Of a stretch of 64,000 nucleotides of DNA, positions 19,887 to 31,119 are shown in pieces. Source of the DNA: an uncultured Candidatus Rokubacteria bacterium. GTDB taxonomy: Bacteria; Methylomirabilota; Methylomirabilia; Rokubacteriales; CSP1-6. Position 1 is the first letter of the stretch. The number at the start of each line of letters is the position of its first letter. The stretch covers positions 29,156 through 93,155 of the forward strand of contig CAVWFS010000002.1 in NCBI GenBank assembly GCA_963754315.1, read 5' to 3'. The notes under the pieces are model-generated. The model was not told where the DNA came from, searched no databases, and was given only the letters and a program-made list of their open reading frames with translations. The position numbers were made by a program, and so were the translations under genes.

Positions 19887-21710
19887 TCAGCGCTTCAGAT
19901 GGTACGGAACGTCGGTGACGACGACGTTCCTGCGGAAGAGGAGGGCGCCCTTGACGAGAAGGGCGGTCTGGTTGTGGAGCAAGTTCTGCCACCAGCGGGC
20001 GGGGATGAATTCGGGAATGATCATCGTCACCACGTGCTGCTCCCGATGCTCCTGCAGGTGGTCGATGTACTCGAGCAAGGGGCTCAGCAAGGACCGATAT
20101 GGAGACGTGAGGACGATCAAGGGAGCGCCCATCCCGTACTTTCCCCAGCGTTCCTCCAGGCGGTGGGTCCGCTCCGGATCGACCTCAACGTAGACCGCCT
20201 TGGCGCTCGGCGAAAGCGCCTGGGCGTACTGGATGGCCTCCACCACTCCGCGGTGGAGATCGCCGACCAGCACCAGCACGGTGTGCTCCTTGGGACGCGG
20301 GGGGTCGAAGCCGTCGAGGGAGAGCTGACGGGCCACGTCGTCGAAGTGGCTCTTGATGGCACGGAAGGTCATGACGAGGCCCGCGAGAAGGACCACGACG
20401 ATCCAGGCTCCGTCGGCGAACTTGGTCGCGGCCACCACCACCAGGACGAGGGCGGTGGTGGCCGCCCCCGCGCCATTGAGAACGCTGCGCCACCACCAGC
20501 CGGGTGGGCGCTGCTGGAGCCAGCGCCGCACCATGCTGGTCTGGGACAAGGTGAACGAGGTGAAGACGCCGACGGCGTAAAGCGGGATGAGGGCGTGCGT
20601 GCTGCCATAGAAGAGCATGATCAGCACGGCCGCGGTCACGGCCAGGATCACCACCCCGTTCGAGTAGACGAGCCGATCGCCCCGGTTGCGAAATTGCCGC
20701 GGCAGATAGCCGTCACGCGCCATGAAGAAGGCGAGCCGGGGAAAGTCGGCGAAGGCGGTGTTGGCCGCCAGCACGAGGATCAGCATGGAGACGGTCTGGA
20801 CGTAGTAGTAGGCGGGACCACCGCCGAAGACCGCCCACGCGAGCTGGGACACCACGGTCTCTTGCTCGTCCGGGACGACCCCGTACAGCACGCAGAGCGT
20901 CGTGGTGCCCAGGAACAGGGTGACCATGATGATCCCGAGAATGGTCAGCACGGCTCGGGCGTTGACGACCTCCGGGGGCTTGAAGGCCGGAACACCGTCG
21001 GCCACCGCCTCGATCCCGGTCAGCGCCACCGCTCCCGAGGCGAACGCCCGCAGGACGAGCACCGCCGTGAGGGCGCCTGCCGGTTCCACCGGAAGCACAG
21101 GACGGGAGGCGATCGGGACCTCTCCGAACACGTAACGGAAGAATCCGAGCCCCGTGAGCACGAGAAAGCCCGCGATGAAGAGGTACGACGGAAAGGCGAA
21201 GAGCTTGCCCGACTCACGGAGCCCTCGCAGATTGCCTACGGCGATGAGGGCGATGGCGGCCACGCACAGTCCTACCCGATACGGATAGAGGGCCGGCACG
21301 GCCGAGGTGAGGGCAGCGATTCCGGCCGAGACGCTGACGGCCACCGTGAGGGTGTAGTCGATGAGCAAGGCCGCCCCCGCCGTCAAGCCGGCCAGCGGGC
21401 CCAGGTTGTCCTTGGCCACGATGTAGTCGCTGGCGCCCTGCGGGTACGCGAGGATCGTTTGCCGGTACGAGCTGATGACGATGGCGATCACCACGGCGAT
21501 GGCCACGGACACCGGCACGGCCAGGACCATCGCTGCCGCGCCGGCCACCACCAGCACCCGTAAGATTTCTTCCGAGGCATAGGCGACCGACGACAGGTTG
21601 TCGGACGCGAACACGGCCAGGCCGAGGGGTTTCGAGAGGCGCTCGTGCCGAGCCTGTGCCGTCGGGATCGGCTGCCCTACCAGAACCCTCTTTAAGTTGT
21701 GGAGCCTCAC
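19887..21710 (-). CDS. APC-superfamily KimA/YdaO-like K+ transporter, paralog 2
   Basis: ASDNLSSVAY, LIDYTLT, LTGIEAVADG, IPLYAVGVF, SPYRSL, LHNQT. Confidence 0.9.
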   Translation of the reverse strand: MRLHNLKRVLVGQPIPTAQARHERLSKPLGLAVFASDNLSSVAYASEEILRVLVVAGAAAMVLAVPVSVAIAVVIAIVISSYRQTILAYPQGASDYIVAKDNLGPLAGLTAGAALLIDYTLTVAVSVSAGIAALTSAVPALYPYRVGLCVAAIALIAVGNLRGLRESGKLFAFPSYLFIAGFLVLTGLGFFRYVFGEVPIASRPVLPVEPAGALTAVLVLRAFASGAVALTGIEAVADGVPAFKPPEVVNARAVLTILGIIMVTLFLGTTTLCVLYGVVPDEQETVVSQLAWAVFGGGPAYYYVQTVSMLILVLAANTAFADFPRLAFFMARDGYLPRQFRNRGDRLVYSNGVVILAVTAAVLIMLFYGSTHALIPLYAVGVFTSFTLSQTSMVRRWLQQRPPGWWWRSVLNGAGAATTALVLVVVAATKFADGAWIVVVLLAGLVMTFRAIKSHFDDVARQLSLDGFDPPRPKEHTVLVLVGDLHRGVVEAIQYAQALSPSAKAVYVEVDPERTHRLEERWGKYGMGAPLIVLTSPYRSLLSPLLEYIDHLQEHREQHVVTMIIPEFIPARWWQNLLHNQTALLVKGALLFRRNVVVTDVPYHLKR

Positions 21711-21719
21711 AGCGCCGCC

Positions 21720-23529
21720 CTAGCTGGGGAGATGAAAGGGCACGTCGACCACGATGACGTCACGCCGGAAGAGCAGGGCACCCTTGAGGAGGAGCGCCGA
21801 CTGATTGTGCAGGAAGTGATGCCACCAGCGGCTCGGAATGAACTCCGGCAGCACCACGGTGACGAACCCGTCAGGCCCCTGCTGCGCCTGGAGTCCGCCG
21901 ATGTAGTCGAGCAGGGGGCGGACGAGCGAGCGAAAGGGCGAGGTGAGGACGACCAGGGGCACCCCATCTCCCCACTGAGCCCAGGCGGCCAGGATGCGCG
22001 TGTCGTCGCCCTCGGAGTCGACGTAGACTGCCGTCACGTCGGGACCGAGCTGACGCGCATAGTCGATCGCCCGCAGGGTAGCCCGATGCACGCCGCCGAT
22101 CGGTACGATCACCCGGTGGCGTGCGCATTGGTGTTCGCGTCCATCCTTCCAGCGAGAGATTGCGCGCCACCTGGTTATAGTGCCGCCGGATCCGCCAGAA
22201 TCCCAGCACGAGGAGCGGGATCAGGAGGACCACCAGCCACGCCCCCTCGGTGAATTTCGTGATCGCGATGATTGCGGTGACGAGAGCCGTGGTGAGCGCG
22301 CCCACGCCGTTGACGAGGGCGTGGCCCCACCATCCCGGGTGCCGCTCGCGCTGCCAGTGCCGGATCATGCCCGCCTGGGAGAGGGTGAACGAGAGGAACA
22401 CCCCGACGGCGTAGAGCGGGATGAGCGCGTTCACCTCGCCCTGGAAGGCCACGATGAGCGCGCCGGCGAGCGCCGCCAGCGCGAGGATGCCGTTGGAGAA
22501 CACCAGCCGGTCGCCGCGGTGCGTGAGCTGGCGTGGCAAGAATCCATCCCTGGCCAGCAGACTGGCCAGCCGCGGGAAGTCGGCGAAGGACGTATTGGCC
22601 GCCAGGATGAGGATGAGCGCCGTGAAGGCCTGGGTCGCGTAGTACAAGGGGCCGACCCCGAAAACCCGCCGCCCGATCTGCGAGAGCACCGTCTCGTCCT
22701 CGCTGGGGACGATTGCATACTGATCGGCAAGCCAGGTGATGCCCGCGAACATACCGCCCAGGATCAACCCCATCCAGATCAACGTGGTCCGCGCGTTCCG
22801 CGCCTCCGGGGGCTGAAAGGCCGGGACACCGTTGGAGATCGCCTCTACCCCCGTGAGGGCCGAGCAGCCCGAGGCAAACGCCCGCATGAGCAGGAATGCC
22901 GTGATGGGATTGGTGGCCTGATGCGGCATATGCACCGTGTGCACGTCACCACCAAGGGCGAGGCGCAGAGCTCCCCAACCGATCAGGAGCGAGACGCACG
23001 CGATGAAGCCGTAGGTCGGAACCGCGAAGATCCGCCCCGATTCGCGCACGCCTCGCAGGTTGGCAGTCACCACGAGCGCAATGGCCACCAGGCCCAGCCC
23101 CTCACGGTGAGGGTCGAGGGCGGGGACGGCGCTGGTCACGGCCGCCACACCGGCCGCCACGCTCACGGAGACGGTGAGCACGTAGTCGATCAGCAAGGCG
23201 GCCCCCGCCGTGAGACCCGGCAGGACCCCAAGATTGTCGGAAGCCACGATGTAGGCGCCGCCGCCCGTCGGGTACGCCTGGATCGTCTGGCTATAGGACG
23301 TCACGAGGATCGCAAGGAGCCCCACGATGGCGAGACCGACCGGAAGCGACCAGGCCAGGGCGGCCGCTCCCGCCACCGCGAGGACGAGGAGAATCTCCTC
23401 CGTGGCATAGGCCACCGAGGACAGCGCGTCGGAGGAAAAGACAGGAAGGGCGACCAGCTTCGGGAGTCGAGTGCTGCGCTCGGCGGCGCTCGTGAGCGGA
23501 GTGCCCAGCAACCAGAGCCGCAGAGGCAT
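21720..23529 (-). CDS. APC-superfamily KimA/YdaO-like K+ transporter, paralog 3 (frameshift near 22113-22125)
   Basis: SSDALSSVAY, LIDYVLT, LTGVEAISNG in ORF 21871..23778 (ATG 23529). C-terminal domain in ORF 21720..22112. Confidence 0.85.
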
Positions 23530-23538
23530 TGTTATTGT

Positions 23539-23750
23539 TGGGGGGCCTCGAAAGGGCCCCCCAAGCCCCCCAAATGTTCGGGGCGCCCCGGGAAACCCGT
23601 GGCGCCCCTCTGGAATCCGCCTGCTGCTGGGGGGGCCTCGAAAGGGCCCCCCAACCCCCCGGTCGTTCGGGACGCCCCGGGAAACCCGTGGCGCCCCTCT
23701 GGAATACGCCTGCTGTGGGGGCCTCGACGGGCCCCCCAAACCCCCCGGTC
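23539..23750 (+). repeat. palindromic REP/BIME-like repeat family B, ~2.4 tandem units of ~88 bp
   Basis: Units start at about 23539, 23628 and 23716. Near-identical, with no unique spacers. Confidence 0.9.
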
Positions 23751-23774
23751 TCACGTGCCGCGAAAGGGCGCGCA

Positions 23775-25127
23775 TCAAAAGCGGCGGAACTGGTCGGCGA
23801 CGTTTTCGAAGCGGGCGAACTGCGGGAGAAAGACCAGCTTGACGGTGTCGATGGGGCCGTTGCGCTGCTTGCCGATGATGACCTCGGCGATGTTCTCCTC
23901 GTCCGAGGGCAGATCGTCCTTGTACACGCGCGGGCGGTACAGGAACAGGATCACGTCAGCGTCCTGCTCGAGGGCCCCGGATTCCCGGAGGTCCGACAGC
24001 TGCGGTCGGAAATCGCGCTGCGCGCGTGACTCCACCGCCCGCGACAGCTGCGACAGCGCCACCACCGGCACGTGCAGCTCCTTGGCGAGCGCCTTGAGCG
24101 AGCGCGAGATGTCGGAGATCTCCTGCTGGCGGTTCTCGACCCCGGTGCGCCCGCGCATCAACTGGAGGTAGTCGATGACGACGAGGTCGAGGCCGTGCTC
24201 GGCCTTCATGCGGCGCGCCTTCGCGCGGGCCTCCAGGACGGTGATGGCGGGGCTGTCGTCGATGTAGATGGGAGCCTCCGCCAGGCGCCCAGCCCCCGCC
24301 GTCAGTCGCCCCCAGTCGGCCGAGCTGAGACGCCCCGTACGCACGGACTGCGCGTCCACCTTGGCTTCGGCGCACAAGAGCCGCTGCACGAGCTGCTGCG
24401 CCGACATCTCGAGACTGAGGATCAGCACCTTGCCCCGGCGGCCCACCCCCACGTGCTGGGCGATGTTGAGCGCAAAGGCCGTCTTGCCCATGCTCGGCCG
24501 GCCCGCGATGATGATGAAGTCGGAGGGCTGCAGGCCGGCCGTGGCCAGGTCGAGCTTCTCGAAGCCGGTGGCCACGCCCGTCACGTGCTCCTGGCGTTCG
24601 TACAGCCGCTCGATGTACTCGAAGGTGCCCTTGAGGATCCGCGACACCGGCAGGGCGTTGCCTTCCATCCGCCGCTCGGCCAGGCCGAAGATGCGGCGCT
24701 CCGCCTCGTCGACGAGCGCTTTCACGTCCTCCTTGGCGTCGAAGGCCTGCGTGATGATCTGGGTCGACGTCTGGATGAGCTCGCGCAGGACGGCCATGTC
24801 GCGCACGATGGCCGCGTACGACATGAGGTGAGCCGCGATGGAGGCTTCCTCGATGAGGAGGGCGAGGGCTGCCGGTCCCCCCACGAACGAGAGCTGATCC
24901 GTGCGCCGCAGCTCCTCGGTGAGGGTGATGAGGTCGATGGGCTCGCTGCGTTCGAAGAGGACCAGCATCGCGCCGTACATCGCCCGGTGCGCATCGGTGT
25001 AGAAGTCGCTCTCGTGGAGGATCTCGACGACGCGCGGCATCGCCTCCCGCCCCTCCAGGAGGACGGCGCCCAGCACCGCGCGCTCCGCGTCCAGGTTGTG
25101 CGGGGGAATCCTGGAGGGAAGCTCCAC
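23775..25127 (-). CDS. dnaB: replicative DNA helicase
   Basis: PPHNLDAERAVLG, AGRPSMGKT, IDYLQLM, LSQLSRAVE, SDLRESGALEQDAD, KQRNGP. Confidence 0.98.
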   Translation of the reverse strand: MELPSRIPPHNLDAERAVLGAVLLEGREAMPRVVEILHESDFYTDAHRAMYGAMLVLFERSEPIDLITLTEELRRTDQLSFVGGPAALALLIEEASIAAHLMSYAAIVRDMAVLRELIQTSTQIITQAFDAKEDVKALVDEAERRIFGLAERRMEGNALPVSRILKGTFEYIERLYERQEHVTGVATGFEKLDLATAGLQPSDFIIIAGRPSMGKTAFALNIAQHVGVGRRGKVLILSLEMSAQQLVQRLLCAEAKVDAQSVRTGRLSSADWGRLTAGAGRLAEAPIYIDDSPAITVLEARAKARRMKAEHGLDLVVIDYLQLMRGRTGVENRQQEISDISRSLKALAKELHVPVVALSQLSRAVESRAQRDFRPQLSDLRESGALEQDADVILFLYRPRVYKDDLPSDEENIAEVIIGKQRNGPIDTVKLVFLPQFARFENVADQFRRF

Positions 25128-25151
25128 GGTCGGCGGCCCGTAGCGGGCGGT

Positions 25152-25598
25152 CTACGAGTCTCGAACGACGTTGACGCGGAGCTGAGCCGTCACTTCCGGA
25201 TGCAGGCGGATGGGCACCAGTGTCTCGCCGAGCGCCTTGATGGGCTCGTCGAGGACGATGCGACGCCGTTCGATCGCGAGTCCGCGCGTGCCGAGGAAAT
25301 CCACGAGATCCTGGGCCGTGACCGAACCGAAGAGCTTGCCCTCCTCGGAGGCCTGCCGGCGCTCCTCGGCCATGAGGGCCTCGATGCGGGCACGCATGCT
25401 CTCGGCGTCGCGACGGACGCGGTCCGCCTTGGCGTCCTGCTGCTTCTTGATGTGCTCCAGGTTCTTGAGGTTGCCCGCGCTGGCGGTGACGGCGAGCTTC
25501 TTGGGCAGAAGGAAGTTGCGCGCGAAGCCATCGGAAACGTCGCGCACCTCGCCGCGTCGACCGACCGCGGTGACGTCGTCGAGCAGAATCACCTTCAT
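25152..25598 (-). CDS. rplI: 50S ribosomal protein L9
   Basis: MKVILL, DGFARNFLLP, GKLFGSVT. Confidence 0.97.
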   Translation of the reverse strand: MKVILLDDVTAVGRRGEVRDVSDGFARNFLLPKKLAVTASAGNLKNLEHIKKQQDAKADRVRRDAESMRARIEALMAEERRQASEEGKLFGSVTAQDLVDFLGTRGLAIERRRIVLDEPIKALGETLVPIRLHPEVTAQLRVNVVRDS

Positions 25599-25608
25599 GG
25601 CTACTCCC

Positions 25609-25857
25609 TTACTCCGTGGTCACGTAGGGCACGATGGCGACGGTGCGCGCCCGCCTGATGGCGTGCGTGAGCTGGCGCTGGTGCCGCGCACAGCTGCCGG
25701 AAATCCGGCGAGGGACGATCTTACCCCGCTCCGTCACGAAACTCCGGAGGCGGCGGACGTCCTTGTAGTCGACGAAGCTCACGCGGTCCACGCAGAATTT
25801 GCAGACCTTCCGCCGGCCGAACCGGCGCCGCTTCATGGGCTTCTGTGGTGTCGGAAT
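25609..25857 (-). CDS. rpsR: 30S ribosomal protein S18 (start ATT 25857 or ATG 25836)
   Basis: [31 protein letters not shown]. The SD is spaced for the in-frame ATT at 25857. Confidence 0.95.
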   Translation of the reverse strand: MPTPQKPMKRRRFGRRKVCKFCVDRVSFVDYKDVRRLRSFVTERGKIVPRRISGSCARHQRQLTHAIRRARTVAIVPYVTTE

Positions 25858-25909
25858 GGCTCACTCCTCCTCGGCGTCTCGGGACGCCTCTCGGGTCAGC
25901 AGGCGACGT

Positions 25910-26320
25910 TCAGAAGGGTACGTCGTCCTCTGCTGGCGCTTCGTCCGCGAAGGGCGCGGCTGCAGGTGCCGGAGACGGCGCGCCCTTCGTCCGGCCCATG
26001 AACTGCACACGCTCGGCCACGACCTCCGTCACCGAGCGCTTCTGACCGTCCTTGCCCTCCCAGTCGCGCGTCTGCAGCCGACCCTCGACGAAGATCTGGC
26101 TGCCCTTGTCGAGGTACTCCCCACAGCTCTCCGCCTGCTTTCCCCATACCACGATGGTGAGAAAGCAGACCTCGTCGCGCTTCTCCCCGCCCTGCGTGGT
26201 GTAGTTGCGGTTCACGGCCAGGCGGATGTCGGCCACGGCCGTGCCGCCGGGGGTGTAACGAAGCTCCGGGGGGCGCGTCAGGTTTCCGATCAGCAGAACC
26301 CTGTTCAGACTCGCCATCAA
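25910..26320 (-). CDS. ssb: single-stranded DNA-binding protein
   Basis: LNRVLLIGNL, VEGRLQTR, C-terminal DDVPF. Confidence 0.97.
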   Translation of the reverse strand: MMASLNRVLLIGNLTRPPELRYTPGGTAVADIRLAVNRNYTTQGGEKRDEVCFLTIVVWGKQAESCGEYLDKGSQIFVEGRLQTRDWEGKDGQKRSVTEVVAERVQFMGRTKGAPSPAPAAAPFADEAPAEDDVPF

Positions 26321-26679
26321 CCGACCTCCTCAAGCACCGGATCCCCCGCCGCCGCGGGGGGCTCTTGAGCTTTGGCCGGCCGTATCCTCTTCCGGATCGG
26401 AACTCGAGTGCTGAGAAAACGCAGCACGTTGTCGTTCAGCCGTATCTGACGCTCGAACTCCTTGATCATTGAGGGTTCGGCCAGCACCTCGAACACAGCG
26501 TACGTGCCCTCCCGCTGCTTGCGGGTGTCGTACGCGAGCCGGCGCTTCCCCCAGTTCTCGACTTTGGTGACGTCGACACCGAGCCCCTTCATGTTGTCAC
26601 CGAGCTTGGTGAGCAGCTCGGCGACCTCTTCGTCGGTGGGACGAGGGTCGACGATCAGGAGAATCTCATAAGGCCTCAG
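26317..26679 (-). CDS. rpsF: 30S ribosomal protein S6 (non-canonical start CTG 26679 or ATT 26682)
   Basis: Frame extends upstream of ATG 26592 as (L)RPYEILLIVDPRPTDEE..., the conserved S6 N-terminus. Also WGKRRLAY and VLRFL. Confidence 0.93.
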   Translation of the reverse strand: MRPYEILLIVDPRPTDEEVAELLTKLGDNMKGLGVDVTKVENWGKRRLAYDTRKQREGTYAVFEVLAEPSMIKEFERQIRLNDNVLRFLSTRVPIRKRIRPAKAQEPPAAAGDPVLEEVG

Positions 26680-26689
26680 AATGCCTCAC

Positions 26690-26765
26690 CCCCTCCGGCC
26701 ACCAGAACGTTGCGAAGCGCCTCAGCCTACCAAACAAGATTGCCCCGAGCAAGGCAGCGAATCAA
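26690..26765 (-). promoter_or_regulatory. possible S6:S18 (rpsF) leader RNA
   Basis: CTGCCTTGCT pyrimidine-rich element upstream of GGAGG, in the position expected for the rpsF leader. Structure not verified. Confidence 0.3.
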
Positions 26766-26809
26766 TGCCTCGAAAACGATACAGCCCGGATCGCGTCCGG
26801 CGCGATCCT

Positions 26810-26913
26810 GCGGGCCCTTCCGAAGCCCCAGATACGCCCGCCGAAAAGAGGAGCGCCCCGGGTGTTCCGGGGCGCTCTGAACGTTGGGGGCTTGGGGGGC
26901 CTCGAGGCCCCCT
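26810..26913 (-). repeat. palindromic repeat family B, diverged copy
   Basis: gagcgccccggg-tgt-tccggggcgctc hairpin plus gggggcc-tcga-ggccccc hairpin, just after the groEL stop. Confidence 0.7.
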
Positions 26914-26937
26914 TGAGCTTCAATCCCCCATCATCTT

Positions 26938-28563
<1,626 letters not shown>

Positions 28564-28618
28564 TCAACTCCTCCTTGAGATTGATGACATCGTCGGCTCG
28601 CAGTCGTGCTGCGCCGGG

Positions 28619-28906
28619 CTACTCGAGGATGGCGAGGATGTCCTCCTCGCGCATGATCAGGTACTCGGTGTCGTCGACCTTGACCTCGGAGCCGGAGTAC
28701 TTGCCGAACAGGATGCGGTCGCCGGCCTTGACGTCGAGGGCAACGCGCTTGCCATCCTCCCCGACCTTGCCGCTCCCGGCGGCCACGACCTTCCCCTTCT
28801 GCGGCTTCTCCTTGGCGCTATCTGGGATGATAATGCTCCCGGCGCGGGCTTCTTCTTCCTCCTCGCGCTTCACGAGGACACGATCGTGCAACGGGCGGAC
28901 TTTCAT
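28619..28906 (-). CDS. groS: co-chaperonin GroES
   Basis: [26 protein letters not shown]. Confidence 0.99.
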   Translation of the reverse strand: MKVRPLHDRVLVKREEEEEARAGSIIIPDSAKEKPQKGKVVAAGSGKVGEDGKRVALDVKAGDRILFGKYSGSEVKVDDTEYLIMREEDILAILE

Positions 28907-29038
28907 GGCGTGCTACCTCCTTGGTTCATGCGTCGCGGTCTGTGGTGGGTTGGCGCGGCTCCACGAGCCGTGTTGTCGGTACCCTTGTCGAGAGCTGAGG
29001 CATGGTCCGACTCTGACTTTGCCACTGCCACTCTTCCA

Positions 29039-29065
29039 TTAGCACTCAATCTGATCGAGTGCTAA
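29039..29065. promoter_or_regulatory. CIRCE element (HrcA operator)
   Basis: Perfect TTAGCACTC-N9-GAGTGCTAA upstream of groES. Confidence 0.97.
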
Positions 29066-29091
29066 TATAGCGCCCCGGGCGAGGATGTCAA
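29064..29091 (-). promoter_or_regulatory. sigma70 promoter of groESL
   Basis: TTGACA (29091-29086), N16, TATATT (29069-29064), abutting CIRCE. Confidence 0.7.
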
Positions 29092-29113
29092 GGGCCTTCC
29101 CGAGAGGAACTCA

Positions 29114-30073
29114 TTGAAAAAGGCGATCCTGGTCTCTCGTGGTCTGCCAAATGCCGCCCTCGACTTGATTCCGGCCTCGGTCAACGTTGACTACAACGGC
29201 TTCGAGCAGGCGCTGACCAAGTCCGAGTTGATCTCTCGGCTCAAGGGACGTCAGGGCCTCATTTGCCAGATCGTGGATGCGGTCGATGACGAGGTGCTGG
29301 CCACCGACGGTCTCCGCGTCGTCTGCAACATTGCCGTGGGCTACAACAACATCGACGTCGACGCCGCGAGACGGCGGGGGATCGTTGTCACGAATACCCC
29401 GGACGTCCTCACCGAGACCACCGCCGACTTCGCCTGGGCGCTCCTGATGGCCGCCGCTCGGCGGGTCACCGAAGCCGACCGCTATGTCCGTTCCGGCCAC
29501 TGGAAGGCATGGGACTACAACGCACTCCTGGGCCACGACGTCCACGGGAAGACCCTTGGCCTGGTGGGCTTCGGGCGTATCGGCCGCGCCGTAGCGCGGC
29601 GGGCTCGGGGGTTCAACATGCGCGTGCTCTATCACGACGCTGTCAGGGCTGATACGCGAATGGAGCAGGAGGTGGGCGCCAGCTACACGCCGCTCCCCGA
29701 CCTTCTCGGGCAGTCGGATTTCGTGAGCCTGCACACCCCGCTCCTCGCCGAGACGCGACACCTGCTCGACGAGCAAGCCCTGCGCACCATGAAGAGGACG
29801 GCCATCGTCGTCAACGCAGCCCGCGGCCCGATCGTGGACGAGTCGGCCCTTGTTCGGGCGCTCACCGAGGGATGGATCGCGGGGGCCGGACTCGATGTCT
29901 TCGAGAACGAACCGCAGGTACATCCGGGGCTCCTGTCGCTGAACAACGTGGTGCTGGCCCCGCACATCGGGAGCGGGTCGTCGGAGACGCGCCTGGCCAT
30001 GGCCGCGCTCGCCGTACGAAATTGCCTCGCCGTGCTCGACGGTATGCCGCCCCTGACACCCGTGACTGGCTGA
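29114..30073 (+). CDS. D-2-hydroxyacid dehydrogenase (glyoxylate reductase/D-glycerate dehydrogenase-like)
   Basis: AVGYNNID, TNTPDVLTETTAD, GFGRIG, NAARGPIVDE, LDVFENEP, PHIGS. Confidence 0.92.
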   Translation: MKKAILVSRGLPNAALDLIPASVNVDYNGFEQALTKSELISRLKGRQGLICQIVDAVDDEVLATDGLRVVCNIAVGYNNIDVDAARRRGIVVTNTPDVLTETTADFAWALLMAAARRVTEADRYVRSGHWKAWDYNALLGHDVHGKTLGLVGFGRIGRAVARRARGFNMRVLYHDAVRADTRMEQEVGASYTPLPDLLGQSDFVSLHTPLLAETRHLLDEQALRTMKRTAIVVNAARGPIVDESALVRALTEGWIAGAGLDVFENEPQVHPGLLSLNNVVLAPHIGSGSSETRLAMAALAVRNCLAVLDGMPPLTPVTG

Positions 30074-30075
30074 TC

Positions 30076-31119
30076 GTGTCCCAGCTCACGCTCTCGAGTG
30101 TCACCAAGCGTTACGCGCCGGATGGTCCGCCCGCCGTGGACGGACTCTCGTTCAAGGTGGACCGCGGTCACATCCTCGCCCTGCTCGGTCCCTCGGGATG
30201 CGGCAAGACCACCACCTTGCGGCTCATTGCCGGATTCGAATCGCCCGAGGCCGGTCAAGTCATCATCGCCGGGAGAACCGTGGCGGATGGTCCCCGAGCG
30301 GGAGTCCCGCCCGAGGAACGGGGCGTGGGGATCGTCTTCCAGGACTACGCGCTCTTCCCGCACCTGACGGTCGAAGACAACGTGGGCTTTGGCCTGCGTG
30401 GCCTCGGCCGCAGCGCCCGCCGCGAGCGCGCGCGAGAGGTCCTTGGTCAGGTGGGTCTGGCCGCTCTGGGCGCACGCTATCCGCATGAGCTGTCCGGCGG
30501 GCAACAGCAGCGGGTGGCCGTCGCACGCGCCCTGGCCCCCGCCCCCGCCCTGCTCCTGCTTGACGAGCCCTTCTCCAACCTCGATGCCGACCTGCGGACA
30601 CAGATGCGCGACGAGGTCGAGAGGATCCTTCGCGTGACCGGCACCACGGCCGTGTTCGTGACCCACGACCAGGAGGAGGCCTTCACCATCGCTGACGTCG
30701 TGGGTGTCCTGAGCCACGGGCGCCTGGAGCAGATCGACTCCCCCGAGGGGATCTACCACCATCCCGCCACGCTCTTCGTGGCGGAGTTCGTGGGGGCGGC
30801 CGACTTCATTCCCGGCCTCGTTACCGCGGAGGGGATCGTCACCGAGCTGGGCGTCTTTGGCAACGTCGAGGCGCGCGAGATCGGGGAGAAGATCAAGGTG
30901 ATGATCCGTCCGGACGACGTGACGTTCGTGCCCCAGGCCGAGGGACCGGCGGTGATCCTGCGACGCTACTTCCGGGGCTCCGAGAACCTCTACTGCCTGG
31001 GCCTTCCCTCGGGGCATCGCGTGCACTCGTCACAGCCGTCGTCGGCTGCCTTCGCCCCGGGCACACGCGTACGACCGGACGCGCACGTCCTCCACGTGGT
31101 GACGTTCCCCGCAGAGTAG
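30076..31119 (+). CDS. ABC transporter ATP-binding protein (Fe3+/polyamine type, TOBE domain)
   Basis: GPSGCGKTT, VFQDYALFPH, LSGGQQQR, DEPFSNLD. GTG start 30076. Confidence 0.9.
   Translation: MSQLTLSSVTKRYAPDGPPAVDGLSFKVDRGHILALLGPSGCGKTTTLRLIAGFESPEAGQVIIAGRTVADGPRAGVPPEERGVGIVFQDYALFPHLTVEDNVGFGLRGLGRSARRERAREVLGQVGLAALGARYPHELSGGQQQRVAVARALAPAPALLLLDEPFSNLDADLRTQMRDEVERILRVTGTTAVFVTHDQEEAFTIADVVGVLSHGRLEQIDSPEGIYHHPATLFVAEFVGAADFIPGLVTAEGIVTELGVFGNVEAREIGEKIKVMIRPDDVTFVPQAEGPAVILRRYFRGSENLYCLGLPSGHRVHSSQPSSAAFAPGTRVRPDAHVLHVVTFPAE

Noticed and set aside
23539..23750. Possible CRISPR array
   Set aside because: Units are ~88-bp near-identical tandem copies without unique spacers, related copies are dispersed, and no cas genes are present.
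23530..23775. c-di-AMP (ydaO) riboswitch upstream of the KimA-like genes
   Set aside because: The interval is filled by repeat family B, and I could not find ydaO consensus elements.
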